DNA of 64,000 nt from Eledone cirrhosa (Eukaryota), in assembly GCA_964016885.1 (NCBI GenBank), contig OZ024753.1, positions 30,256,001 through 30,320,000 of the forward strand, read 5' to 3'. Each line of letters starts with the position of its first letter. Position 1 is the stretch's first letter. Position numbers and translations under genes: made by a program. The notes under the pieces are model-generated. The model ran no database searches and was not told the origin of the DNA. It worked only from the letters and a program-made list of their open reading frames with translations. Positions 49,967 to 62,965 of this stretch are shown here, piece by piece.

Positions 49967-51099
49967 GAGAGAAGTACTCAAATTTGATTTGTGTATTTAA
50001 TTTGAATTGAATATAAATAATTTAAAAGAAAACTGTTTTTTGATTGCGAAATAATATATAATAGTATAGTCTATATTTCAAGATAATATGGATACTAGAT
50101 AAATTTCCAAAGAACACCATTGCATATATCAACATTTAGAAGTACAACTGTGTTTTGGTTCATAATGGGGAGTAATCTTATTGAAGAAAAACATTATTAT
50201 ACCTCCCTCTCTTATAATGTAGCTTTCCTTCAATGAAGCATTATAGGTAAAACAAACATGAATGGTATAGAAGAAAGTTGGTCAGTGGAAAATATATTTA
50301 GAAATTTGGCAACAAGCTATTCTGCTGTTTTTAGCTTGATAGAATGAGAAATGAAGAATAATGTTTTTCATATCTTTTATGTAGAGCACAGGTTCTCAAC
50401 CCATTTAGGCCAAACGCCCCCTTTTGTCCCTTGAAATCACGACCCCCCCCCCACACACACACACCCACACCCACACCCACACCCTATTTTTCCATTTTTC
50501 AATATACTACTGATTTTGATATCAGTAGATTACTAAAAAGTTGATTAACAATATTCCAAAGATACCATTGCAGGCAGCTGAGAGTATAAATACATTCCTT
50601 GAAAGGAAATATATAAATTTAAAAAAAAGGAACATAAATGTTCTTTTTATGAATAAGGACCAGTTGAATTTGTTATATTCCCACCAGGCGATACCAACTA
50701 TTTTGAACATTTATACAAGAGCAACTCTGTCTATCCAAAGAATGCTCTTATCTGGAAGAAAGTGGCAATTATATCATTTCAAAGCTTTCCAATTTTCCCT
50801 TTAATGAAACGGACAGAATAAATGTTGATATCAAACTTGATGTCCCCCTGCTTTGTGAACTTAGAGACCACGGAAGAGGGTTTTCATGACCACGCGGGAG
50901 GGTATATTTATTAATAAATGGTAAAATATATACAACAAATGAGTAATTGAATTGTAGTAGATGGTTTCCAGTCCAGTCAGACTGCAACTACAAATAAAAA
51001 AATTGTTAGTTTGCTTTGTAACAATAGCATATCCAAGTTTTCATATAAATTAACTTACTTTGACTCATTTCAATTGGACCCTTGAGCTTCATGGAGTTT

Positions 51100-52132
51100 A
51101 GCTAACTCTTTGACGTGAGGCTGAATTTTCCTAAGATGTAGCCAGAGATCTCCATGTGTAATTACATTGTAGCGGTTGCGAGACTTACTGTGCAGTCTGG
51201 AAACAACACCAAACCTCCTCTCAACTAAGTATGAGCTTGGAAAAGGCAGAGCAAATCTCTTAGCCTCTGCATGTAGGTGTAGAAATCAACGCTGAATTTC
51301 CTCTTACATCCCAAAAAGGGGTTCACCTATTTTGGGAAATCTAATTTTGATCATGTCATCTGCTTGAAGTTCAATGAATTCTTCCTGAAATTTAACGTCC
51401 AAATCGTCGACGTTAGCTATGAAAGCATCTGCTATCCACATTGGGATGTCCATCAGCAAAAGGTCGACAAACCGTTCTCTCATGTTGTCTTGTAGCGCAC
51501 GGAGGTGAGTGGTGTAAATTTGGAGTTGGTCATCGCTTACAATGTTTTGAACATTGGCAACACTAGGAAAATTATAGAATTCCCGTCAACAAAGATTCCT
51601 TTCAATGACATTCAATTTGGCCAGGAATGTTTTCACAGCATTCCTTGCTTTAAGCAAGGTGATCTTCTTCCCCTGCAAAACCAAAATGACACTATTGCAT
51701 TTGTCGAAGATGTTGGTGAGGTAGGCGCAGCCTTGCCTCACATCGAGGGTTTTCTTGTACAGTTCTGTGTTGCGTCCTCGCAGAAACTCAATGATAGTCG
51801 AAGAGTTCAAAGAAGTGAGTAAAGCACTTGCCCTTTGAAAGCCACCTCACTTCAGTATGAAGGAGCAACTTGACGAATTCTTCGTCATTATCTTGACACA
51901 GTTGCTGGAATATTTGTTCATTGAGAGAATGCCATTTGATAAAATTGATGACATTAATGGCCACCTGCAAAGACTTGCTCAGAGGTTTGCTGAATTTCTT
52001 CGCAGCCAAGTGTTGTCGATGAATGACACAATGAACAGCAAATACAGATAGATTTTCTCTCTTCAGAAGAGTGACAAAGCCCTTATGTTGGTCGACCATT
52101 GCTCCTCTGTCGTCCGTAGCACATGAAACAAT
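51100..52132 (-). pseudogene. hAT transposase remnant (ZBED8/SCAND3/FAM200-like)
   Basis: CATDDRGAM, HCVIHRQHL, LLLHTEVRWLSKG, AYLTNIF, PFPSSYLVERRF; frameshifted. Confidence 0.9.
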
Positions 52133-52462
52133 GTGTGTTGTATGTGGTCCTAGATGTATGTATTACCTGCCTGTGTGTTGTATGTAGTCCTAGATGTATG
52201 TATTACCTGCTTATGTATTGCATGTGGTCCCAGCTGTATGTATTACCCTCTTGTGTGTTGTATGTGGTCCTAGATGTATGTATTACCTGATTGTGTTGTA
52301 TGTGGTCCTAGATGTGTGTGTGCTACCTACCTCCTTATGTGTTGCATGTGGTCCTAGATGTGTGTATTACCTGCTTATGTGTTGTATGTGGTCTTAGATG
52401 CGTGTATTACCTGCTTATGTGTTGTATGTGGTCCTAGATGTGTGTGCTACCCGCTTCTGTGT
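52133..52462. repeat. ~40-bp minisatellite (~8 copies) inside the hAT
   Basis: Unit GTGTGTTGTATGTGGTCCTAGATGTATGTATTACCTGCCT. Confidence 0.88.
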
Positions 52463-53594
52463 TTTCTTTCTTTTTTTTATTTGTAATATTATTTATACAA
52501 TAGGGAATAAAATAGATCTACATAGTGTTAACTCGTTACGGTTGAGTCAATAATTTCAGACATGAAATACATTGTTATCGGTGAAGGAAAGATAAGATTC
52601 TAACTGGCTGCGCTCAAAGTGTCCTTGACCCAGATGACTGGGTTTTTTCATTTTTAGGATCTCAATTACCGGTTAATATCTAGACATGCCTGCACACCTG
52701 CTCACAGCTGCGGTCAGACTATAGTTATGCAGTCTGCAAGCTCAATCAAATGCATTCACACTGGCTGTCTCAAAGACATACAAATATGGCTTATAAAACT
52801 TACCAGAATAAAGAGTCTTCCAGCCCCCCCCCCCCCCCCTAACGCGACCTTGCTCCCAAATGCCCCCTGGGGGTGCATATGCCCCCCGTTGAGAAACCTT
52901 TGATGTAGAGGATGAGCTGTGTGTGATCTATTCTGGCTTAGAAAGCAACATTTAGAGAGAACATTTTTTTAGATATTATGAAGGAAAATTATTTTTAATG
53001 GTTCATGAAAACAGAATAAGTATAGGATATATAAATGATTTGAGGAGAACTGATGTTATTGAAAGCCAATGTAAGGGTAAACTATAAAAAAAAAAACTAT
53101 CCAGAAATTAGAGCAGGAGTTGATTAAGGAAATAGATAGTAAGAAACCCACCAAAACATTTGGAGATAGTTAAGATGTTGAAAGCATCTACAATGTATTT
53201 ACTTGCATTAACCCTTTCATTGTTATATTTCAAATTCCGCCAAGGTTAGCTTTGCCTTTCATCCTTACGGGGTTGATAAAATAAAGTACCAGTAATGCAC
53301 TGGGATTGATTTAATCGATTTTATTTTTTCCCTCCCTTCCTCAATTTGTTGGCCTTGTGCCTAAATCAGAAACCATTATATTTCTAATGAAAGACACTAC
53401 TTGTAATTTTTAAATAGCCAGTAAAAGGTGTTACTGACGTATGAGAACAAGGAAGATATGTAAAGTAGCGGTGATATCAGATTTGAAAATGTTGGTCTTG
53501 TAGATGAGACATATTTGAGTGGAGTGGCTAACTCATGTCAGTGGAGAAACATTTTGATGAGCAGACAGGAATACTGATACAGGGAAATCTGTAT

Positions 53595-54003
53595 ATTACA
53601 GTCGTTGGAGAACAAATGCATGAGAAAACTCCTTCGTATTTCCTATTGGGAACGTAAAACCAATGAATATGTGCAGAGAAAGGTTGTAAGTTTTGTGGGT
53701 CACCAGGGACCTCTCTTTGCCACTGTCAAGAGGAGGAAACTGGCATGGTTTGGCCATGTCACATGACATGACAGTCTGTGCAAGAGCGTCATGCAAGGCA
53801 CCGTTGAAGGTGGACGCAGGAGGGGACGCCAATGCAAAAACTGGTTGGACAATGTCAAAGAATGGGTGCACATGACTACACCAGATTTGTTGACGGCCGC
53901 CATTGGTAGACTATTTTCAATGCCATGCTGCTTCTGCATTCGGATCTCCCCAACGACTACAGAAGTCAAGAGAATGACGACGATGATGATGATGATGATG
54001 ATG
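53595..54003 (+). pseudogene. RTE LINE 3' fragment
   Basis: ENKCMRKLLRISYWERKTNE...KRRKLAWFGHV...GGRRRGRQCKNWLDNVKEW; (GAT)n tail. Confidence 0.85.
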
Positions 54004-55897
54004 CTAATACAGAAATAATGAAAAAGCTGTTTTCTCATGTCAGCTATATTTAATTACCACTTTCAAACAGTTTATATTCTGAATGTACTCATAAAATCTT
54101 CTAAACTTAACATTATTGCAATTTTCTTGTAAATTTCTGGTTATTTTGTAATTCTAGCAAGTAATATATATATCACCATAGAGATTGCAGATAAAACAAA
54201 AGACAGCTGAATCTGAACCACAAGTAATTGTGCTATCAAGAAAATGGTAGATGAGAATAATTTTATATATCTGCCTAACACATGTTAGTTCAGTAAAATC
54301 AACATCAATGTCTGGAGAGTATATTTGGTCAGCTGATTTATTCAAGACTTAATTATCTTTTATGCAAATTTCTAAGAGGAGAAGCTTTGTAGTATGAGAT
54401 CACATTAAACCTACTTAGATAATAATTGTCATGCTGTGTATATTGGCTGTTTAGTGCTGTTTGAATGTTGTGTAGATATAAAACATCTGCTCTTTAAATT
54501 AATATAAACACACCAAAATATTCTTAACCCTTTCATTACCACAATTCTAATGAAAGACGCTGCCTAGGATTTTTGAAAAATTTCAAAAAGCAGTATACAA
54601 TTTATTTACAACAATAATTCTGGCCTGAGAAATATAATTTATTAGCAATAATTCTGGTCTGAGATATATTAGCAACAATGATTATGATCTGAGATATGAA
54701 ATACTAATTTCAATAGGGAATGGTTTTGCAGTCTTGTCCGCAGGGTACAGCCCCAATACCACCTCGCCTTGGGCCTAGAACTCAAGGTTTTTACATAAAA
54801 TAATGATAGAAGTTTTCTATATCTATATAAACAGCAAACAGTTTTGTATCATAGAACCAGGTGTGATTTCAGGTAGCTTGGTATCAAAAGGGTTTGACAC
54901 TGGAGCCCTTGCCGTTCCCTTCTATTTCCATTTTCATACCCACAAAAGACACTTGAATATTCAATGTAACTCTTTGTGTTGTGAGTACTGTTTTTATTTG
55001 CTTATATATGTTCAATATTTGAATAAATTAATTTAAGTGTCATTATTTAACCAACAAATCTAATTACTAGTGTAGTACCAGTAATGCACTGGGGTAATTC
55101 CTGGCCTTGTGCCAAAACTAGAAACAATTATTTAATCAACTAAACCTCACCCCTGTGGACTTGTGATTATATAGGCTCTAGGTCTTATTCCTGACCAACT
55201 TATCTGACACTTTCTTGTGATATTAGAGATATTTGGTTGCTATTTCTAACAGGGTGTTTAACCACAAAAATATTCTCGTTAGCTCAGTCTGTTTGTTCTT
55301 TTCTTCTATATTTTAGTGAAGTTAATTTTTCGTGATATTAAAGATATTTGGTTGCTATTTCTAGCAGGTCGATTAACCACATAAAAATATTCTTGTTAAC
55401 TCTGCTTGTTTTTCTTATTCTATATTAGGAAAGTTAATTCAATTTCCAGATTATAATACTAACTTAATTTGAATTGCTCTCTATACAGATTTAAAAAAAC
55501 CATAATAGATTCCTCACTTCCCTGTGGCATTTCCGTTGAAATATTCTTTGTATGTCATCTACAAAGAGAAATATGTTGCTCTAGTTTTATGAATATTGTC
55601 CCATGATTGGCTTGTTGATATTGCTTTGGACTAGAATCTAAATGTTTTGTTTTGTCAAAGTAACAAAATCAATAGTATTGGTGTTTGGTTTATAGTCTTC
55701 TTTTGACTTGGTCGTTGTTGTTGTTATTGTAAATAGAATCTCCATTATCTCAAATTATCTTTATGAGAAAATTCTATTTCAATTAGAATTTAAGAATGGT
55801 ATTTCTATAAAATGGAAGACTGTATATGCAGCAGACTTTCAAGTCAGCTGTTGTATGTTATAGCAACATATTGATATGTCAGCTCCTTTTGATGTAG

Positions 55898-55932
<35 letters not shown>

Positions 55933-55959
55933 GTGAGAGAAAGAAAGTGTGTGAGAGAG

Positions 55960-56064
55960 AGAACTGCAGAAGCAGGCTTCCACTTGCTGCTTGATAGAGA
56001 GGACTACTAATACTGCTACTATTAATTAGTGGACTATCTATTTGTGATGTAGTTTCTGGATCAG
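55960..56064 (+). other. Candidate non-coding 5' exon after a (GA)n tract
   Basis: Donor CAG|GTAATC at 56065; unique island. Confidence 0.25.
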
Positions 56065-57437
56065 GTAATCTTTTTTCCTCACCTCTATTTTCATAGTTTA
56101 GATTGCTATTTATTAAAAAATGCATTTCATCTTTGCAACACATTGTTTAGTTGGTGTTGTCTGTGTGTATATTATTAAAGAGAGAGCATGTGGGAGACAT
56201 CGAGGTAAAGAAAATAGTAAGGGGAAAAAAAACAGAAGAGCATGCCCTCCTCTTCATACATACTAAGAGAAACTAGTCAGCCTGCTAAACTGATTCATAT
56301 GTGTGTATTTAACTATTGGTTGTTTATAGTATTGTTGGGTAACAATGAAGCTATCCATGTTTTATATAACAGGAAAGGGCACCCAAGGAGAACAACAGGT
56401 TCTTTTGTTCAACCAGTGACCTTTACAACAGCAGACATATATTTAAATAGGTGCATAGTAGCTATTTCCTTCTGTTAGCTATTTACATTGCATATCATTC
56501 ACCACCTCCATCATCATCGATGCAAACCACTGCCCCTTTCACTAGTGAGCTACTGTGGTTTCAGGTGAAGCTGTTTATATTCATGGTTATTATATAACTT
56601 TCTTCAATGACAATGCATGTGCTACATTGCAATCTTGCTCTGGATAGAAAATATAAAGAAATACTTTAGTATTTTTTTCATTGAGACATAAAAAAAAAAT
56701 GCGTTTACCTTTTTTTTCTAATCAGAATACTCTACGAATTCCAATACATTTCCTTATTTGAACAAAATCTATTTCTTGTTTAGCTGCTATTTTTCTGTTT
56801 ACATGACTGGGAGAGGGATAAATTAATCAATATATCATTTTGATAAACAATTGGTAGATTCATTTATAACCCTTTCCTTATAATATTTCTAATGAAAGAC
56901 ACTGCTTAATATTTTGAAATAATTTTGAAAATAATCAAGAATTTGGAAGGATTTAGTAATATAACTAACTTTATCATTATTAAGCTGGTATTTGTTAGGT
57001 TATTACATAGAATTATGGTGAAAGGTTTTTAAATATAAACACTCTTTTAAATACAGCTATGTATCAGAATGACAGGTGTTCTTTCCAAAAATACTATAAT
57101 TTGTGAGGAAATAAAAATATTTTGTCTTTGAGAATTTATTTTGAAATCATACGCAACCTTTTTTTGGTGTAGCTTTGTTGATATAACTCATAATAAGGTT
57201 ACTAAGACAGTTTGTTGAAGAGATTCCACCTTGACAAGAGCCTGACATTCAGGATTACCAAGCAATTTCTTTTATCTCATGATGATCTTCATAGATACTT
57301 CTTCATATTCAGTCCAATATTTTTCTGATATGAGTTCAGATTTTACTAGACTTAAGCTAAAATAACTTTTTTTTTAAATTAAAGACATTATTACTTGTGA
57401 AAAGAAAATATTATTAAATTTGTTACATTATTATTAT

Positions 57438-57765
57438 TATTTGCCTTTCATCCTTCTGGGGTCGATAAAATAAAGTACCAGTCATACACTGGCGTTGCCG
57501 ATATAATTGACTTTCTCCTTCCTAAAATTGCTCGCCTTGTACCTAAATAAGAAATTATTTTTATTGGGCATTAGATTGGCAGTCAGAGGATCAGACATAT
57601 TTTTAGCAATATTTGCTCTGGTTCTTTACATCCTGAGTTTAAATCCCACTAAGGTCAAATTTGCCTTTTATTCTTCTGAGATCAGTAAAATAAAGTGCTA
57701 AGTACTGGGGGGTCTTTATAATCAAATTACCACAAATTACTGGTCCTGTGCCTAAATTAGAAATC
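57438..57765 (+). mobile_element. Two decayed Meta-like SINEs
   Basis: TTTGCCTTTCATCCTTCTGGGGTCGATAAAATAAAGTACCAG and a second diverged core. Confidence 0.75.
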
Positions 57766-58245
57766 ATCATCATCACCATCACCATCCTCATCAGTAGTAG
57801 TAGTAGTAGTAGTATTACTAAGTTGCCTTATTTTTATTGCAAGTATTCACTGCTCTACCGAGTGCAGTTCTGTAGGTTTTAAGTATGTGTAATGTTGTTG
57901 TTTTGGTATTTTTACTGTGTTGACATTGTTGGAGAGCTAAAGACGAATTTGTTAGGGAAGTTCTTTTATGGGAGCCTATATAAGGAAAAGCTAACAGGAC
58001 GACAAACCGAGACTTATATCAAACAGATTTGTGACCTGCCGAATATGATGTCTTGCCTAAGGGACACTGGAATTGACAAAGAAGACCTTCAAACCTTATG
58101 GGGAAACAGAGACTGTTGGTGTGAAGTTGTATTGGATGTCTTGCCTAAGGGTGATGGATAAGGATATAAAGTTACTTCTTAGATTTCTGTTATGATGTGT
58201 TATCCTGAGTATGGTGGCATACACATACATTTTGCTGTTTTTGTT

Positions 58246-58474
58246 TTAACCTGTTAACATTCACATTATTCTATATTTACTATTATATTTTCATGGTAAA
58301 AGCTTTAGCTCACATAATTATCTCAGATAATATTGAATCTATGAGATTTTGCTACTATTTATTTTGAGAACAATACCTTAACATCAGTATGAGCAGCTAT
58401 TTATGACCGGTTTGAACAGAAAGAGGTGAGAGAATTCTGGTCAGATACAGCTGGTTTAAATGCTAAAGGGTTAA
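58246..58474 (+). mobile_element. MITE family A
   Basis: TTAA termini and TIRs. Confidence 0.88.
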
Positions 58475-59122
58475 AATATATTCAATACTCATCTTTTTCC
58501 ATTTCTCCGAGGGTTCTTAACCCCACTATCAGGCTAAATAATTTCTTTAATTTCTTTAGTCAAAATACGGCAAAAGCTTACATTTCTAATAATTTTAAAC
58601 CCACTCGCTGTTTCGAAATTATTCTTACTTGACATTACAGTTGCTAAGTTTATAGCTTCTAATTTGAATGGAAAAAGATGGGTGATGTGTTGGTGTAAAT
58701 GGTAGCACAGTGGTCCGGATAACCATATATATGTATATATATAAGGTCAATTCTTATCTTAGCATTTACTGTAGATTAGAAAGAAGTTTAGAAAGAAGCC
58801 ATAATATTTTTTCTTTTAAAGACAACGCAACACCCTATAATATATTTATTAGTCAAAGCTGTCCAAAGATATAAGAAACAGTCTCTAAGCATTGTTCTTA
58901 TCACAGTTAATATGGAACTTTAAACTGAGAACTGTTTTTAAGAGGTTTCTCAGCTGAAGTTTCTTCTTAATTTTGCTACAACTTCAAGTAGCTTTAGACA
59001 CTCACTTTAATTATCAGAAACATATCTTAATGTGATTAAATATTATGAGAAAATGGACTTATTGCACATATTTCTATAGAATTTTTGGTTTGAATTTGTA
59101 AACAAATACAATTAATGTCATT

Positions 59123-59319
59123 CGGTGGATTGGCAGTATCGGTAGAGGGTCGGACGCCATGCTTTCCAGCATAGTTACGTCCCTTTACGATCTGAGTTCA
59201 AATCCCGCCGAGGTTGACTTTGCCTTTCATCCTTACGCGGTCGATAAAATAAAGTACCAGTAATGTACTGGGTAATTGCTGGCCTTGTGCCTAAAGTAGA
59301 AACAATTATTATTATTATT
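59123..59319 (+). mobile_element. Meta-like SINE, young-looking
   Basis: CpG-intact head and core; (ATT)n tail. Confidence 0.92.
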
Positions 59320-59359
59320 GTTACACATTTAATATCCTAGTTTAAAGTACTAGCACACA

Positions 59360-60059
59360 CATATGTGTGTGTGTGTGTGTGTGTATATATACACATACAT
59401 ACACATACATGTACATACATACATATACATACATATACATGTACATACACATACATACATACATATACATGTACATACACATACATGTACATACATATAC
59501 ATACACATACATACATACACATACATGTACATACATATACATGTACATACATGTACATACATATACATGTACATACACATACATACATACATGTACATAC
59601 ATATACATGTACATACATGTACATACACATACATCTACATACATATACATGCACATACATGTACATACATATACATGCACATACATGTACATACATATAC
59701 ATGTACATACATATATATGTACATACATATACATGTACATACACATACATATATATATGTACATACACATATATATGTACATACACATACATGTACATAC
59801 ATATACATGTACATACATATACATGTACATGTACATACACATACATGTACATACACATACATGTACATACACATACATACATATACATGTACATACATAT
59901 ACATGTACATACATATACATGTACATACATATACATGTACATACATATACATGTACATACACATACATATACATACATATATATGTACATACATATACAT
60001 GTACATGCACATACACACACATACATGTACGTACATACACATACATGTACATACACATG
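59360..60059. repeat. (TACATG/TACACA/TACATA)n compound microsatellite
   Basis: Directly visible; continues at 61707-61962. Confidence 0.95.
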
Positions 60060-61706
60060 CATCATCATCATCATCATCATCATCACCGTTTTACGTCCGT
60101 TCTTCCACGCTAGCATGGGTTAGACGGGTTGTCCTGTTGTGGGCAGTGTCTGGTCGGCTGACCATGCCTTGCTCATACAGGAACTGATTTGGCTTTATTT
60201 CTACAGTTGGATGCCCTTCCTAACACCAACCTCATTTACAGTGAGTGCTGGGTACTTTTTCGTGGCGCCTACACGTCCACTTTACAGTGTGGGCTGGGTG
60301 CTTTTTTGCCGTGGCACCTCTACGACCACCTTGCAGTGGGGGGTGTGGGGTCATATTGTCTATATGCTTCAGCTTGTACCCATGGGAGGTCGGGCACTCT
60401 GTATTACTGCGTGACGCCAGAGGTTACGGTCGTGTGTCATCGCCTTTGAGAGGTGTAATTGGGTAAGGTCGGCTTTTATCACCTCATCCCAGGTCATCTT
60501 GGGTCTCCCCACTCCGCGGTTTCCATCGACTTCTAGTGCTCTGCACCTTTTTATGCAGCTGTCATCCTTCATACGCATCACATGTCCATACCAACGCAAC
60601 CGCCTCTCTTGCACACAGCATTTGATTCCTCTTATGCTCAGTCTCTCTCTCAATTCATTTATGCTTTGTCGTTCGCGTATATTACTGTTACACATCCATC
60701 GGAGCATGCAGGCTTTGTTTCTCTCTAATCTACGTAAGTCTTCCACCTTCAGCGCCCAGGTCTCACTACCATGCAACATTGCTGTTCGGATACACGCATC
60801 ATACAGTCTGTCTTTCATTTTGAGGGAGAAGCCTTTTGCAGCTAGCAGTGGTAGTAATTCCCTAAACTTCTTCCATCCCGTTCTTACCCTAGTTATTGTA
60901 CTTTCTGAACACCCACCTCCGCTGCTAATTCGGTCACCTAGGTAGCAGAATCTGTCTATTGTTTCTACAGAGCCCGCCCAGATATTGGTGGTACTTGTTT
61001 CCTGTGGCTGTTTGCTGCTTGCTGTCCCAGCACAGCTGCTGCATGTGAAGCCTACATTCTTAATTAAGCTTCCTGAGATCCCGCTACATCTCTTGTGTAC
61101 CCATTGTTTGCATTTGGGGCAGAGAATGGAGTTCCTACCTACACCTTTCCTACATACTGAGCAAGGCCATTTCCTTGAGGGGATCTGGGTTCTGTTTTCT
61201 CTTACAAGGACCTTAGTCTTTGTCATGTTGACTTTGAGACCCTTTCTTTTTAGTCCCTGCTTCCAAGTTTGGAATTTCTTCTCTAGTTCTACCATACATT
61301 CAGCTATAAGTGCGAGGTCATCAGCATACAGGAGTTTCCATGGGCATCCGGTCTTAAACTCCTCCGTTATTGCCTGCAGGACTATGATGAACAGGAGAGG
61401 GATAAGAACAGAGCCCTGGTGGACCCCAACCTGTACGCTAAATTCTTCGCTATACTCATTGCTAATCCTAACTTTGCTGACGGCTCCCCTATACATGGCT
61501 TGTACCGCTTTCACAAGCCATTCATCTACTCCTAGTTTTCTAAGAGCCCACCAGATTACAGCACGTGGAACTCTGTCAAAAGCTTTCTCAAGGTCGACAA
61601 ATGCCAAGTAGAGTGGCTTACTTTCAGCTAGGTACTTTTCCTGTAATTGCCTCACAAGGAAGAGCGCATCAGTGGTGCCTCTTCCTGGTACAAACCCAAA
61701 TTGCAT
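60060..61706 (-). mobile_element. 5'-truncated RTE LINE
   Basis: (CAT)n tail at 60060, 3' UTR, and an RT frame that starts at the truncation point. Confidence 0.95.
60369..61706 (-). CDS. RTE ORF2 fragment: reverse transcriptase with inserted PHD finger (445 codons, no stops)
   Basis: QFGF, FVDLEKAFD, GVHQGSVL, LLYADD, CSVC..CPKC..WVHKRC..CSSC, FCYLG, WYGHVMR. The N-terminal MYVH extension in the track is microsatellite. Confidence 0.85.
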   Translation of the reverse strand: MQFGFVPGRGTTDALFLVRQLQEKYLAESKPLYLAFVDLEKAFDRVPRAVIWWALRKLGVDEWLVKAVQAMYRGAVSKVRISNEYSEEFSVQVGVHQGSVLIPLLFIIVLQAITEEFKTGCPWKLLYADDLALIAECMVELEKKFQTWKQGLKRKGLKVNMTKTKVLVRENRTQIPSRKWPCSVCRKGVGRNSILCPKCKQWVHKRCSGISGSLIKNVGFTCSSCAGTASSKQPQETSTTNIWAGSVETIDRFCYLGDRISSGGGCSESTITRVRTGWKKFRELLPLLAAKGFSLKMKDRLYDACIRTAMLHGSETWALKVEDLRRLERNKACMLRWMCNSNIRERQSINELRERLSIRGIKCCVQERRLRWYGHVMRMKDDSCIKRCRALEVDGNRGVGRPKMTWDEVIKADLTQLHLSKAMTHDRNLWRHAVIQSARPPMGTS

Positions 61707-61962
61707 ATACATGTACATACACATACATACACATACATGTACATACATCTACATACACATTCATGTACATACATATACATACACAGACATGTACATACAC
61801 ATACATGTACATACACATACATGTACATACACATACATGTACATACACATACATGTACATACACATACATGTACATATATATATGTACATACATATATAT
61901 GTACATACATGTACATACACATACATGTACATACATATACATGTACATACATATATATGTAT
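61707..61962. repeat. (TACATG)-type microsatellite
   Basis: Same motif and orientation as 59360-60059. Confidence 0.95.
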
Positions 61963-62443
61963 ATTGCAGAAAGAGCAATGTTATATAAAGTGTCTTGCTG
62001 AAGGACGTAACACATCGCCTGGTCCAGGAATCACACACACACACATATATATATATAGTCATATTGATATCAGATATTTCTCTATCACACCGATATCTGG
62101 GATATCTCTCTGTGATATTCATATTTCAGTAAAGTTCCAGTTATAGCACCAAATAAAAACCAACCAACAAACAAACAATGTTAAGATGAGACACTCCAAA
62201 CATCCTCAGCTACAATCCTACTCTGCTGAATAGTTTACTAATGACTAACTAGGTTAACTAATGTACTCAGCTGATAAGTTTTGGGTGTAGCAATGTTTAA
62301 TTAACCAGAGTAATTGTACACCAAATAGACAGTTGTTTGTGTTAATATAAAATATGTTTGGGGTTATAACTTTAAATGATTACTCTGGTGTTAATCAGCG
62401 TAATTATTTGATAATTACTATCTCATTTGTAAAGATATTTCCT

Positions 62444-62666
62444 TTAACCCTTTAGCATTTACATTACTCTCTCTATATATATTACTGTATTTTCATGGTA
62501 AAGGCTTTACCTCGCATAATTATTTCACATATTATCGAATCTACGAGATGGTTATATTATTTATTTTGAGAATAATATCTTAACCTCAGTATGAGTGGCC
62601 AGTTTGAACAGGAAGAGGTGGGAGAATCCTGGCCAGATATGGACGGTTTAAATGCTAAAGGGTTAA
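62444..62666 (+). mobile_element. MITE family A
   Basis: TTAA termini and TIRs. Confidence 0.9.
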
Positions 62667-62965
62667 TACATTATATTAGTTGGAAGATAAAATACTTTCA
62701 ATTTGGGAATTATTTAAATATAAGAAATTCATTACAAGGCCCAGGCATAATTTAATTTTTATCTATATTAATTTTACAATGTTTGGTTTTTCAGATGATC
62801 TATTAATGTTTTGATATCATGTTATGCTATTTTCTCACATTGTTATAAACAACGTATCCTTGCATGTTGTAAGAGGAAATTAGGGACAGGAGGGGATCTA
62901 GCTGTAAAGCATTGCTTTAAAAATGACCTGAGTGCTAAACCTCTGAAACTTCTATTTATAGTATA

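Larger units (their letters stand above)
50387..52902 (-). mobile_element. hAT DNA transposon (Charlie/Buster group), internally deleted
   Basis: TIRs CACAGGTTCTCAAC / GTTGAGAAACCTTTG; perfect 8-bp TSD ATGTAGAG at 50379-50386 and 52903-52910. Confidence 0.93.

Noticed and set aside
51100-52132. Domesticated ZBED/SCAND-type host gene
   Set aside because: Frameshifted, 5'-deleted and still bounded by TIRs and a TSD, so it is a dead transposon.
56520-56570. MQTTAPFTSELLWFQ|GTGAAG candidate exon
   Set aside because: Weak donor and no independent evidence.
59337-60187. Long MYVCV/HTY-rich ORFs (also 22126-22595 and 61565-62146)
   Set aside because: Stop-free microsatellite translations.
60499-61611. 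148-aa and 208-aa plus-strand ORFs
   Set aside because: Antisense shadows of the RTE reading frame.
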